Origin: Candidatus Magasanikbacteria bacterium RIFCSPLOWO2_12_FULL_43_12 | GTDB taxonomy: Bacteria; Patescibacteriota; Patescibacteriia; Magasanikbacterales; UBA922 | Reading direction: 5' to 3' | Assembly (NCBI GenBank): GCA_001783065.1 | Contig: MFQN01000019.1 | Span: 309-64,308 of the forward strand | DNA length: 64,000 bases | In this document: one piece after another, positions 1 to 9,564 of the stretch | How the letters are laid out: every line of letters begins with the position of its first letter | How positions within the stretch are numbered: position 1 is the first letter of the stretch | The notes under the pieces: generated by a model | Told to the model about the DNA's origin: nothing | The model's input: only the letters and a program-made list of their open reading frames with translations | Database searches by the model: none | Program-made: the position numbers and the translations under genes

Positions 1-1
1 T

Positions 2-1381
2 ATTTTAGCGCACGATGTTCAGCGCGCGGTGGATATGGAGGCGTTTAATCTGTATTTCCAGCTTTTATACGTGCCAGAACCGCGTACAATGTTTAAAAAT
101 ATAAAAAAACTGCCACCAGCGCACTATTTGCGTTTTAGAAATAATCAAATTAGTTTAGAAAGATACTGGCAGGTGGAAGATTTTTCCAATTTATCATCTT
201 ATGATGACGCAAAAAAACAAATCAAAACTCTTTTTCGCGACGCGATTCAAAAACAGTTGATTTCCGACCGGCCGGTGGGTGTCTTTCTTTCCGGCGGCAT
301 GGATTCCAGCGCGGTTTTGGGGGCGGTGAAAGAATTTCACGGCGGTAAAATAAAGACTTTTTCGGTTGGTTTTAAGGAGAGTACTGACCCAAATAAATTT
401 AACGCGGATTTTGAATTGGCGCGGAAGACAGCCAAACATTACAGCACTGATCATCACGAGCTTTTGGTTGGACCAGAAGATATAAAAGATAATTTGGAAA
501 AAATTGTTTGGCATTTGGATGAGCCGAATTCAAATGCCACGGCTGGCGCTGTGTTTTTGCTTTCACAATTGGCCAAACAAGAGGTGGCCGTGGTGCTGGG
601 AGGAGACGGTGGAGATGAATTGTTCGGCGGTTATCCGCGCTATTATTACAGCGCGTTGATTTCACTGGCCCGGCATTTGGTCCCTGGAATGATTAGAAAA
701 CTTATATCGCTAAAACTAAATTTACCCGCGAATGAACAAAGAATAGCGGCCTTTTTATGTCAGAAGCCGGCATTACTCGCCAAAGTTATTAACACGGGAG
801 TAATTAATCAGCAAGCGGCCACTTCTTATCTTAAGAGGCGGTTTTTCCCCAATCATCTGTGTAATCCTTTGTTAAATCAGTGTAATCAATGCTCTGATTT
901 TGAAAAATATTTCATGAATGTGGATCGCCAGAGCTGGCTGGTTGACGAATCGCTTTTGCGTACGAATAAAATGAGCATGGCTTTTGGGTTGGAGTCGCGA
1001 GTGCCAATTTTAGATCATCGTTTGATAGAATTGTCAGCGCGGATTCCTACCGCGTGGAAACTTTCGTTGTTGCAACGCCCGTCAGCATTTCAAGGCAAAC
1101 GGATTTGGCGCGACGCGATTCATGAGTATTTGCCAAACCATGTTTTGAATCAACAAAAGCGCGGTTGGTTCACGCCAATGGCTAAGTGGTTGCGTGGCGG
1201 ATTGCGAGATTTCGCGATAGAAATCTTATCACCGCAGAATTTGCCCGCGGAATATTTTAATACTTCTGAAGTGCAGAAAGTTTTTATTGATCATTTGGAA
1301 AGCAGGGAATATAATTTAAATATCGTTTGGGCTACGGTAATGTGGACATTGTGGTATCAGGAGTTTATTAAACACAGTTAG
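2..1381 (+). CDS. Asparagine synthetase (glutamine-hydrolysing)-like amidotransferase, C-terminal synthetase domain only; 5' end runs off the window (AsnB/WbpS-like)
   Basis: The reading frame is open upstream to the window edge. It has the PP-loop ATP pyrophosphatase motif SGGMDSS and a conserved AsnB C-terminal region (LGGDGGDELFGGY). WbpS-type amidotransferases are common in glycan loci. Confidence 0.8.
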   Translation: MLAHDVQRAVDMEAFNLYFQLLYVPEPRTMFKNIKKLPPAHYLRFRNNQISLERYWQVEDFSNLSSYDDAKKQIKTLFRDAIQKQLISDRPVGVFLSGGMDSSAVLGAVKEFHGGKIKTFSVGFKESTDPNKFNADFELARKTAKHYSTDHHELLVGPEDIKDNLEKIVWHLDEPNSNATAGAVFLLSQLAKQEVAVVLGGDGGDELFGGYPRYYYSALISLARHLVPGMIRKLISLKLNLPANEQRIAAFLCQKPALLAKVINTGVINQQAATSYLKRRFFPNHLCNPLLNQCNQCSDFEKYFMNVDRQSWLVDESLLRTNKMSMAFGLESRVPILDHRLIELSARIPTAWKLSLLQRPSAFQGKRIWRDAIHEYLPNHVLNQQKRGWFTPMAKWLRGGLRDFAIEILSPQNLPAEYFNTSEVQKVFIDHLESREYNLNIVWATVMWTLWYQEFIKHS

Positions 1382-1385
1382 TTAT

Positions 1386-2867
1386 ATGTCTAAAAAACAA
1401 GAAATTTTCGTCCTTGCTTTGATTATGTTGGCGGCAGTGTTTTTATCTTCTTACTGTTTAAAAACCAGCCCGGCTTTTTGGTTTGATGAGGGGATTTTCT
1501 ATCAAGTTGTGAATAATTTGGCTGTCAATGGTCAATTGGGATTACCATTGTCGCCAACCACTTCAAGTGATCTATCTTTGATTTCCATGGGGTATCCAAT
1601 ATTTTTACCAGCCGTCTTGGCTTTTAAGATTTTTGGTTCGGGGGTGATAGTCATACGAATGGTAGCCATTGCCTTTTTGCTGGGATTTTTTATAGTTGCT
1701 TTTTTTCTAGCGAAAAAATTATATGGTTTACGAGTTGCTCTGGCTACGATGTTGCTTTTGGTAACTTTTTCTCCGCTTTATGGCAATGGTAAAAGTTTTT
1801 TGGGCGAAGTGCCCGGATTATTCTTTTTTCTGACGGGATTATTTATTTTGACTATTTTGGAACAATCAAAAATAAAGAGAATTTATTTGGCTTTTTTGGG
1901 AGGTATATTTTTCGGTTTTGCCGTTAGCGCTAAGCCGATATTTATTTTGATTTTACCGGCTCTCGCCGCTGGCCTTGCGGTACAGTGGCGCAATTTTTTG
2001 GCCAGTCGTCAAGATCGGCGAATTACCATTGCGCTCTTGGTGGGTTTGGGGTTTGCGGTGAACGTCTGGGTTTGGACACAGTTTGATCTTTCCACGACGT
2101 CAATTTCTTCAGTCTTTGGCCATTTTGTGAATCCAAATCATCTAGATAAAACGGCCCCGGCCATTTTTGTCAATTTATTGCGTTTTTTCACTGAATCAAC
2201 CCCGATGTTTTTTTTACTTCAATTATGTTTGGCGGTGTATTATTTTTTTTATTGTTTTAAGCGCCGCATCCATATTTCTGCCACGAAAACAATCATTTTT
2301 ACTTTTGCATTTTTGATTTTTGCCGCGTATCTTAGGAATGTTGGTTGGTATCGTTATTTTTTTCCTGGCCAGGTGATGGTTTATTTCTTTATGATTCCGG
2401 GTCTGTTAGCAATAGAAACAAAAATAAAAAACAGCAAATATTATGGACGTTATTTTGTACCTATTGTGTTTTCTGCAATCCTTGTGGTACAGATTTTACC
2501 CTTGTCAAAAAATGCTTTAACGTGTATTATTGATGCGCCAACTGCTATTGAGCCGTATTTAAAATCTCTAGACGAACATAGCCCAGTTCTTTTTTATAGT
2601 CTGCCCCAATTGGCGGCACGCTATGAAGGTTCAGCTGCCTATCAATATATCAAGATGAATAAAACTGTGATATTGGGTGAGGATAATTTAGATCTATTGA
2701 ATCAAGATTTTTTTTCTAGGATTTTTATTGAGGAGAATGATATGGTTGGAAAAGAACAACTCCCCTCATGTTTTAAATTAGATCAAACAATTCGTGGTAT
2801 AGATATATATCGACGAGATTTACAAATTTCCTGCAAAGCAACCACGTCAAGTGAGTCAAATATATGA
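1386..2867 (+). CDS. Polytopic membrane glycosyltransferase, PMT_2 / ArnT-like (GT39/GT83-type GT-C fold)
   Basis: There are at least 10 predicted TM helices. The N-terminal loop (WFDEG...Y...N...G) is typical of ArnT/PMT_2 family proteins. Confidence 0.6.
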   Translation: MSKKQEIFVLALIMLAAVFLSSYCLKTSPAFWFDEGIFYQVVNNLAVNGQLGLPLSPTTSSDLSLISMGYPIFLPAVLAFKIFGSGVIVIRMVAIAFLLGFFIVAFFLAKKLYGLRVALATMLLLVTFSPLYGNGKSFLGEVPGLFFFLTGLFILTILEQSKIKRIYLAFLGGIFFGFAVSAKPIFILILPALAAGLAVQWRNFLASRQDRRITIALLVGLGFAVNVWVWTQFDLSTTSISSVFGHFVNPNHLDKTAPAIFVNLLRFFTESTPMFFLLQLCLAVYYFFYCFKRRIHISATKTIIFTFAFLIFAAYLRNVGWYRYFFPGQVMVYFFMIPGLLAIETKIKNSKYYGRYFVPIVFSAILVVQILPLSKNALTCIIDAPTAIEPYLKSLDEHSPVLFYSLPQLAARYEGSAAYQYIKMNKTVILGEDNLDLLNQDFFSRIFIEENDMVGKEQLPSCFKLDQTIRGIDIYRRDLQISCKATTSSESNI

Positions 2868-3829
2868 ATAAAAAATTGGTGAATATAAATATAAATTTTG
2901 ATTCTTTATTTTTTCCATTATCAATTGATCGGTGTTCCATGACAGACCCGTCCTTTTTTGTTATTGCTGATAGATTTTTTGAATTTTCACTAAAATATAA
3001 TTTCAAATACACAATATTTATTATTGGCAAGGATCTGGAGAACCCCGAAGTGGCGGCGCGGGTTCGTTCTTGGGCGGAGGCGGGACACGAAATCGGCAAT
3101 CATTCTTATACTCACAACCCAAATCTCGGGAGTTTATCTAGACAGGAAATGGAATTTGAGGTGATGAAATCTCACGAACTTATAACTAACTGTATCGGTT
3201 ATGAACCTAAAGGTTTTATCAGTCCATCTTGGAGTACCAGTGGTGATTTGATTGAAATTTTAATGAAAGCGGGTTATATTTATGATACTTCAGTTTTTCC
3301 TTCTTATTTTCAGTATTTCGTATTAATGAAATTGATGTTTTTGACCGGCCAAAAACATCCAAATTTTCATCCGAGTTTTGGTCTTCGTCGTGATAAGTTG
3401 GCGTTCTTTTTTGCTCCCCGTCGTCCTTATTTTATAGGTCCGGAATCTTTGATTAAAAAGAAATCCGAGGGTTTGCTGATGCTTCCGCTTCCTGTTGCCA
3501 CCGCCCTGCGTATACCCTGCTGGCATACTATGTATTTTGTTTTTGGTAAACATCTTATGAATTGGCTTTTACTAAAAACTATACGTGAACACGAGTATTT
3601 TTATTATTTGGTTCACCCAAAGGATTTAGTAAACTATAAGACCGATTTATTGGATGAATTTAAAAATAAATATAATACTGAATTAGCTGTTTTCGAAAGT
3701 TTGAAAATGCCAATTGAGGAAAAGACGTCATATATGGATCAGGCATTGAGTTTGTTAGCAGCTAGTGGTAGAAAATTTGTAACCATGCGAAAGATGGCGG
3801 AGAATATAATTCAGCAGTCAAAATTATAA
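2864..3829 (+). CDS. Polysaccharide deacetylase family protein (CE4/NodB homology; ArnD-like deformylase/deacetylase candidate)
   Basis: IGNHSYTHNPNL matches the H-S/T-x-x-H metal-binding motif 2 of NodB-type deacetylases. It shares a 4-bp overlap with the upstream gene. Confidence 0.6.
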   Translation: MNKKLVNININFDSLFFPLSIDRCSMTDPSFFVIADRFFEFSLKYNFKYTIFIIGKDLENPEVAARVRSWAEAGHEIGNHSYTHNPNLGSLSRQEMEFEVMKSHELITNCIGYEPKGFISPSWSTSGDLIEILMKAGYIYDTSVFPSYFQYFVLMKLMFLTGQKHPNFHPSFGLRRDKLAFFFAPRRPYFIGPESLIKKKSEGLLMLPLPVATALRIPCWHTMYFVFGKHLMNWLLLKTIREHEYFYYLVHPKDLVNYKTDLLDEFKNKYNTELAVFESLKMPIEEKTSYMDQALSLLAASGRKFVTMRKMAENIIQQSKL

Positions 3830-3837
3830 GTATTGTT

Positions 3838-4620
3838 ATGCGCATTGTAATTTTCACCGAGGAGGAATACACTTTTATGTTTGAGCCCTTCCGGCAGTTA
3901 TTGCGTGATTTAAAACACGCAGGACACCAGACGGTCGGGATTTTTATTTTTCCGGCGATTTTGGGAAAATATAAAGGTTTCCGGATTTATTTATATTATC
4001 TTAAAACATTTGGATTAAGTGTTTTCGTTAAATTAGTCATAATGGTATTGGGAGAGATAATTAGGCGTTTTTTTCGCTCTTTTTGGAATAAAGAGCCATA
4101 TAACTATCGCGCTTTGGGAAAAGAGTTTGGGGTGCCAATAATTTATGAAAAGAACCCCAATAGTTCAGGAGTAGTTGGGTGGGTTCAGGAAAATAATGTT
4201 GATGTAATTTTTATTTCTTTTGGTCATATAATTAAGAATCCGCTTATCCATGCTGCGAAGATTGCTGTGGTAAATAAGCACAGCGCCCTCTTGCCGGCCT
4301 ATCGTGGCCTTTTTCCGGTTTTTTGGACGCTATTGGAAGGAAAAATTTCGGTTGGATCCACAGTACACAAAGTGGTATCTGCTATTGACGCCGGAGAGAT
4401 TCTCTTCCAGAGATCTTATGACCATCTTGAAAATAAAACGGTTTTTTGCTATTATAAACAAATATATTCCGATTTACCAAGTTCTTTGTTACGGTCGCTT
4501 GAAATTCTTGAGGGCAAACGTCAGAAAGAAATGATAGTTAATACGTTACCTTCGTATTTTGGTTTACCTTCCAGAGCTGATTATAAAAGATTATTAAATA
4601 AAGGATATAAATTTATATGA
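3838..4620 (+). CDS. Formyltransferase domain protein (Fmt/PurN/ArnA-N-terminal-like sugar N-formyltransferase)
   Basis: HSALLPAYRG matches the H-x-S-L-L-P-x-x-R-G formyltransferase catalytic motif, followed by a hydrophobic stretch. It has an N-terminal hydrophobic insertion. Confidence 0.7.
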   Translation: MRIVIFTEEEYTFMFEPFRQLLRDLKHAGHQTVGIFIFPAILGKYKGFRIYLYYLKTFGLSVFVKLVIMVLGEIIRRFFRSFWNKEPYNYRALGKEFGVPIIYEKNPNSSGVVGWVQENNVDVIFISFGHIIKNPLIHAAKIAVVNKHSALLPAYRGLFPVFWTLLEGKISVGSTVHKVVSAIDAGEILFQRSYDHLENKTVFCYYKQIYSDLPSSLLRSLEILEGKRQKEMIVNTLPSYFGLPSRADYKRLLNKGYKFI

Positions 4621-5540
4621 AAATTCTTATTACCGGCGGAGCCGGATTTCAAGGCAGTCATCTGGCAGAACGGCTAAATCAGCTCGGGCATGAAGTAAGC
4701 ATCCTTAATACTTTGACTCCGCAGTCTTCGGGCAACAAAAAATATCTGGAAGGGAAGTGCGAGGTTATTTGGGGTTCTATCACTGACGCTGAAGTTACTG
4801 AAAAAGCGATGCGAGACAAGGAAGTTGTTTACCATTTAGGGGCGCGAATCAATGTTGATGAGTCAATCCAGCATCCTTGGGAGACGGTTGAAGTGAATGT
4901 GCGCGGCACCTTAAACGTGCTGGAGGCGGCGCGAAAGTCCGGAGCTCGCGTTATTCACACGTCCACGTGCGAAGTGTATGGCCGGCCGGAGCGCACGCCG
5001 ATAACGGAAACCGCTGAATTAAGGCCGATGAGTCCATATGCCGCGTCAAAAGCCGGAGCTGATCGCCTTTGTTTTGCTTACGTCCAAACTTATAAAATGA
5101 ATATAATAATTCCGCGTTTTTTCAATATTTTTGGCGAACGGCAAAAAGAATCTAATTTTGGCGCCGTGATTCCGATTTTCGTCGGCCGCGCTATGCGCGG
5201 CGAACCGATTAAAGTTTTTGGCAGCGGCCAGCAGACGCGCGATTATGTTTATATTTCTGATGTTATTGACGCTTATTGTCTCTTATTGGATCATCCGGAG
5301 TTGTCCGGCGAGGCAATCAATTTCGGCAGCGGCATCGGCACGCGCATTCGCGATATCGCTGAATATATTGCAAAAAAATTTAATACACAGGTAGAATACA
5401 CCGAGCCGCGGCCAGGCGAGGCATCAGAAATGGTGGCCGACTATTCTAAAGCTAAAAGACTGTTGGGTTGGGAGCCGAAGGTTAATTTTTATGAAGGGTT
5501 GGACCGCTATATCACCTGGAGGAAAAATTTGAATGTATGA
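4617..5540 (+). CDS. NAD-dependent epimerase/dehydratase (extended SDR; GalE/UXS-like UDP-sugar 4-epimerase or decarboxylase)
   Basis: It has an N-terminal GGAGFQGSHL Rossmann motif, the catalytic PYAASK (YxxxK) and an FNIFGERQ motif. It overlaps the downstream gene by ATGA. Confidence 0.8.
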   Translation: MKILITGGAGFQGSHLAERLNQLGHEVSILNTLTPQSSGNKKYLEGKCEVIWGSITDAEVTEKAMRDKEVVYHLGARINVDESIQHPWETVEVNVRGTLNVLEAARKSGARVIHTSTCEVYGRPERTPITETAELRPMSPYAASKAGADRLCFAYVQTYKMNIIIPRFFNIFGERQKESNFGAVIPIFVGRAMRGEPIKVFGSGQQTRDYVYISDVIDAYCLLLDHPELSGEAINFGSGIGTRIRDIAEYIAKKFNTQVEYTEPRPGEASEMVADYSKAKRLLGWEPKVNFYEGLDRYITWRKNLNV

Positions 5541-6625
5541 AAAAGAAATTTTGTTTAATCTTTGGCACCAGGCCGGAAATCATTAAAATGGCCCCGTTTA
5601 TTCATGAGGCCATAAAACGTAAAATAAATTTTTTCGTCATTCATACCGGCCAGCATTACTCGGAAGTGATGGATAAGGTTTTTTGGGAGAATTTGGAATT
5701 GCCGGATCCCAAATACAATCTTGGCGTCGGTTCCGGAAGCCACGCGGAACAAGTCGGCAAGATGATGATTGAGACTGAAAAAGTTTTGCAGGTAGAAAAA
5801 CCTGATTATGTCTGCGTGTACGCTGATTTAAATAGTTCTATTGCCGGGGCATTGACCGCGGCAAAAATGGGGATTTCCATCGTTCAATTAGAAGCAGGTT
5901 TGCGTTCCTTTGACCGCGCGATGCCGGAAGAAGTTAATCGCTTGGTGGTAGACAGATTAGCGCAATATTTTTTTGCCCCCACCGAACTTCAACACCAGCA
6001 TTTGCTGGCCGAGGGAATTTCTCAAAATATTTTTGTGGTGGGCAATTTAATTGCTGATGTCATCGCAAAAAATTTATCTAAGGCTTTGGATAGCAGCGCC
6101 ATTATGGGATATTTGGCCTTAACTCCTAAAAATTATTTTTTAATGACTACCCATCGTCCGGCTGTGGTTGATAAAAAGGAAGTTTTCTCAAAAATTTTCA
6201 CTGCCGTAGGCAGAGTAGCCAATGAATTTAATTTGCCGGTTATTTATCCGATCCATCCTCGGTCTAGAAAAAATTTAGAAAATTTTTCTTTGATTGTTCC
6301 GACCGATGTGCGTTTGATAGATCCTTTGGGCTATTTTGATTTTTTAACTCTTTCAGCAAATGCCAAGTTGATTTTATCTGATTCCGGCGGCATCCAAGAA
6401 GAAGCGGCGATTATGCGCGTGCCACTCGTCACTTTGCGCGAGAATACCGAGCGCCAAGAAACTCTTACTCTTGGGTCAAATATTTTGGCAGGCTTTGAAC
6501 CAATCGCTATTCTTGAAAAAACGCAAGAAATGCTGGAAAGGCCTGCCAATTGGCAGCATCCTTACGGTGAAAACGTGGCAAAAAAAATGTGGGATGTCTT
6601 GGAGCGAGCCGCAAGTATCAATTGA
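5537..6625 (+). CDS. wecB: UDP-N-acetylglucosamine 2-epimerase (non-hydrolysing)
   Basis: FGTRPEIIKMAP, HTGQHY, HRP and DSGGIQEEA motifs are diagnostic of the WecB/MnaA family. Length is 362 aa. Confidence 0.85.
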   Translation: MKKKFCLIFGTRPEIIKMAPFIHEAIKRKINFFVIHTGQHYSEVMDKVFWENLELPDPKYNLGVGSGSHAEQVGKMMIETEKVLQVEKPDYVCVYADLNSSIAGALTAAKMGISIVQLEAGLRSFDRAMPEEVNRLVVDRLAQYFFAPTELQHQHLLAEGISQNIFVVGNLIADVIAKNLSKALDSSAIMGYLALTPKNYFLMTTHRPAVVDKKEVFSKIFTAVGRVANEFNLPVIYPIHPRSRKNLENFSLIVPTDVRLIDPLGYFDFLTLSANAKLILSDSGGIQEEAAIMRVPLVTLRENTERQETLTLGSNILAGFEPIAILEKTQEMLERPANWQHPYGENVAKKMWDVLERAASIN

Positions 6626-6637
6626 TTTTTTCTTTGT

Positions 6638-7360
6638 ATGACAGAAGTCAACCGCAAACTGTCAGTGATTATCCCTTGCTGCAATGAGGAACAAAATATT
6701 CCGCGTTTTACCACGGAGCTGTGGCCGATTTTAGAATCACTGAAATTGGATTTTGAGGTGATTATAGTTGATGATGGTTCTAAAGATAATACCGTCGTTG
6801 AGGTTAAAAAAATAAATAAACCACAATTGCGCTTGGCGCGGCATGAAGTAAACACGGGGCTGGGCGCGGCGATGCGCACCGGGATTACCGCTGCCACGGG
6901 ATATTGGTTGATTTTTTTAGATGCTGACCTTACTTTTCATCCAAATATTATTCCAAATTTATTGGAGACGGCAGATAAGCATCCGGATGCGGATTTTGTC
7001 ATCGGTTCGCCAAATTTAGGCGGTTATGGCAAAGATATTCCGGCTTGGCGGCTTTGGATCAGCAAACTGGCGAACTTAATCTACCGCGTGTTATTGGGCC
7101 GGCCAGTGACTTCAATCAATCAAATTTTTCGTTTATACAAAACGGAGCAATTAAAACAACTGTCATTGTCGGCGGTTGGATTTGACATCAACGCCGAGAT
7201 TTTATTCAAACTGGTTTTTAGCGGCAGAAAGTTTAAGGAGGTGCCGGCGGAATTAACTGCGCGCCTGTTTGGTGTTTCAAAATTGAATTATGGCCGCGAG
7301 ATTAGGCGGCATTTGGTATTGGTATTTAAAATTTTGAAATGGAAATTTTTTGGATTTTGA
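6638..7360 (+). CDS. Family 2 glycosyltransferase, polyprenyl-phosphate sugar synthase type (DPM1/ArnC-like)
   Basis: LSVIIPCCNEEQNI, IIVDDGSKDNT and DADL are the GT2 DXD and nucleotide-binding motifs. 240 aa, soluble. Confidence 0.75.
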   Translation: MTEVNRKLSVIIPCCNEEQNIPRFTTELWPILESLKLDFEVIIVDDGSKDNTVVEVKKINKPQLRLARHEVNTGLGAAMRTGITAATGYWLIFLDADLTFHPNIIPNLLETADKHPDADFVIGSPNLGGYGKDIPAWRLWISKLANLIYRVLLGRPVTSINQIFRLYKTEQLKQLSLSAVGFDINAEILFKLVFSGRKFKEVPAELTARLFGVSKLNYGREIRRHLVLVFKILKWKFFGF

Positions 7361-7363
7361 AAT

Positions 7364-8308
7364 ATGTTTGAGTTTGCGGGCAAAAAAATATTGGTTACCG
7401 GAGGGGCGGGTTTTTTAGGTAATGCCGTTGTTAAGGAATTGGCAAAGCAAGGAGTTAACCAAACCGACATTGCCGTTCCCCGTTCGCGGGAATTTGATTT
7501 GCGGGAAAAAAATAATTGTCTGCTTCTGACTCGGGACGTAGATTTGGTGCTCCACCTCGCGGGGAATGTCGGTGGGATCGGGAAGAATCAACGGTTGCCG
7601 GGGACCTTATTTTACGACAACGCGATAATGGGAATTGAGTTAATGGAAGCGGCGCGAAAAAATCAAGTGAAAAAATTTGTTTGTTTGGGGACTATTTGCG
7701 CCTATCCTAAATATACGCCGGTGCCTTTTCGCGAGGAGGATTTGTGGATCGGCTATCCGGAAGAAACCAACGCGTCTTACGGCTTAGCCAAGAAAATGCT
7801 TTTAGTTCAGGCACAGGCTTATCGCCAAGAATTTGGTTTTAATGTTATCTATTTATTGCCGGTAAATATGTATGGGCCAGGGGATAATTTTAATCCGGAC
7901 AGTTCGCATGTTATACCCGCCACGATAAAAAAGATTTGCGATGCTAAAACTAGAGGAGATGAATTCGTGGAGATGTGGGGAGACGGCACGCCGACGCGCG
8001 AATTTTTGTATGTGGAAGACGCCGCGCGCGGCATTATCTTGGCCGCGCAATATTATGACAAAGCGGAACCGGTAAATTTGGGGTCTGGCGGAGAAATTTC
8101 CATTAAAGATTTGGTGACATTCATCGCCGGAATGCTGGAGTTTAAAGGCGAGATCCGCTGGGATACCAGTAAGCCTAATGGCCAGCCGCGACGGCTTTTA
8201 GACGTATCGCGAGCGGAAAAAGAATTTCAATTTAAAGCGCAAGTATCATTTAGAGATGGTTTGCAAAAAACAATTGAATGGTATTTAAAAAATATCAACT
8301 ATGAATAA
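7364..8308 (+). CDS. fcl: GDP-L-fucose synthase-like (GDP-4-keto-6-deoxy-D-mannose 3,5-epimerase/4-reductase family)
   Basis: The GGAGFLG Rossmann motif, ICAYPK...P..E, YGLAKK and YGPGDNFNPDSSHVIPA closely match the conserved Fcl/WcaG blocks (NLYGPHDNFHPSNSHVIPA). Confidence 0.75.
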   Translation: MFEFAGKKILVTGGAGFLGNAVVKELAKQGVNQTDIAVPRSREFDLREKNNCLLLTRDVDLVLHLAGNVGGIGKNQRLPGTLFYDNAIMGIELMEAARKNQVKKFVCLGTICAYPKYTPVPFREEDLWIGYPEETNASYGLAKKMLLVQAQAYRQEFGFNVIYLLPVNMYGPGDNFNPDSSHVIPATIKKICDAKTRGDEFVEMWGDGTPTREFLYVEDAARGIILAAQYYDKAEPVNLGSGGEISIKDLVTFIAGMLEFKGEIRWDTSKPNGQPRRLLDVSRAEKEFQFKAQVSFRDGLQKTIEWYLKNINYE

Positions 8309-9557
8309 AAATGAACACCAATGGCGAACGCGTTACTATAATCATTTGTTTGAGCGGTTTTTTCAGTTTATAATTCCTCCCGGAGCGTCAGTGCTTGAAA
8401 TCAGCGTTGGAATTCAGGAATTGAAAAGACAAGAAAAATTCGACTTTGTGCTATTGCCTAATGTGATTGGCAGTTTGGACGATGTGCAGAAGTGTTTTGA
8501 GGAATTACATCGAGTGGTAGATGAGCAAAGTAGAGTTATTATCACTTCGTATAATCATCTTTGGAGCGGTGTGTTAAGATTGTTAGAGTGGCTACGTCTT
8601 AAAACAGCCCAGCCGAATCAGAATTGGCTTTCCAGCCAAGATGTTGTAAATTTATTGTCTTTGGCGCGGTTTGAAATAGTAAAAAGGGGAGCGTTTATTC
8701 TGTTTCCCATATATGTGCCGATAGCGTCGTCTTTTTTAAATAAATACTTGGCCCGTTTGCCGTTAATACGTCATTTGTGTCTGGTTAATTATTTTGTGGC
8801 GCGGCCGTGTTTTAATCATTATTCAGATAAAGAATATACAGTTTCGGTAATTATTCCGGCTCGCAACGAGGCGGGTAATATTGAGAATGCAATAACCCGT
8901 TTGCCGAGGCTTGGCAGCCGGACGGAAATAATTTTTGTGGAAGGCGGGTCAAGAGACAATACTCGCGACGATATATTCAGGGTTATAGAAAAATATAAAG
9001 ACAAGAAAGATATAATCTTTGTTAACCAGGGAGGCGGAAAGGGCAAGGGTGACGCGGTTCGTAAAGGGTTCGCGCGCGCGACCGGCGACATATTGATGAT
9101 TCTTGACGCGGATTTGACAGTTCAGCCGGAAGATTTGCCGAAATTTTATCAAGCCATCCGCACCCGCCAAGGGGAGTTTATTATGGGTACGCGGCTGGTT
9201 TATCCGATGGAAAAAGACGCCATGCGATTTTTGAATATCATTGGCAATAAATTTTTTAGCCTGGCTTTCAGCTGGCTGTTAGAGCAGCCGATAAAGGATA
9301 CTCTGTGCGGCACAAAAGTTATTTTCAGAAAAGATTATGAAAGGTTGGCGCAAAACCGTTCATATTTTGGCGATTTTGATCCGTTTGGCGATTTTGATTT
9401 AATCTTTGGAGCGGCGAAGATGAATTTAAAGATAGTGGAAATCCCAATTCGTTATCAAGCGAGGAAATACGGTTCCACTAATATCAGCCGGTTTAGCCAC
9501 GGCTGGTTGTTGCTGAAAATGACAGTGTTTGCCGCGCGGAAGATAAAATTTATTTAG
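8301..9557 (+). CDS. Two-domain protein: N-terminal degenerate class-I methyltransferase-like domain fused to a family 2 glycosyltransferase
   Basis: The N-terminal ~170 aa carry VLEISVG and FDFVLL...RVIIT MTase-like motifs without an intact glycine loop. The C-terminal half has GT2 motifs SVIIPARNEAGNI, VEGGSRDNT and DADL. Confidence 0.65.
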   Translation: MNKNEHQWRTRYYNHLFERFFQFIIPPGASVLEISVGIQELKRQEKFDFVLLPNVIGSLDDVQKCFEELHRVVDEQSRVIITSYNHLWSGVLRLLEWLRLKTAQPNQNWLSSQDVVNLLSLARFEIVKRGAFILFPIYVPIASSFLNKYLARLPLIRHLCLVNYFVARPCFNHYSDKEYTVSVIIPARNEAGNIENAITRLPRLGSRTEIIFVEGGSRDNTRDDIFRVIEKYKDKKDIIFVNQGGGKGKGDAVRKGFARATGDILMILDADLTVQPEDLPKFYQAIRTRQGEFIMGTRLVYPMEKDAMRFLNIIGNKFFSLAFSWLLEQPIKDTLCGTKVIFRKDYERLAQNRSYFGDFDPFGDFDLIFGAAKMNLKIVEIPIRYQARKYGSTNISRFSHGWLLLKMTVFAARKIKFI

Positions 9558-9564
9558 TGTTTTT

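Noticed and set aside
194-665. Small minus-strand ORFs inside the asnB-like gene (and similar nested ORFs throughout, e.g. 2345-2533, 4304-4534, 12320-12685, 36940-37367)
   Set aside because: They are nested antisense or out-of-frame ORFs within long, motif-supported genes, with no independent evidence.
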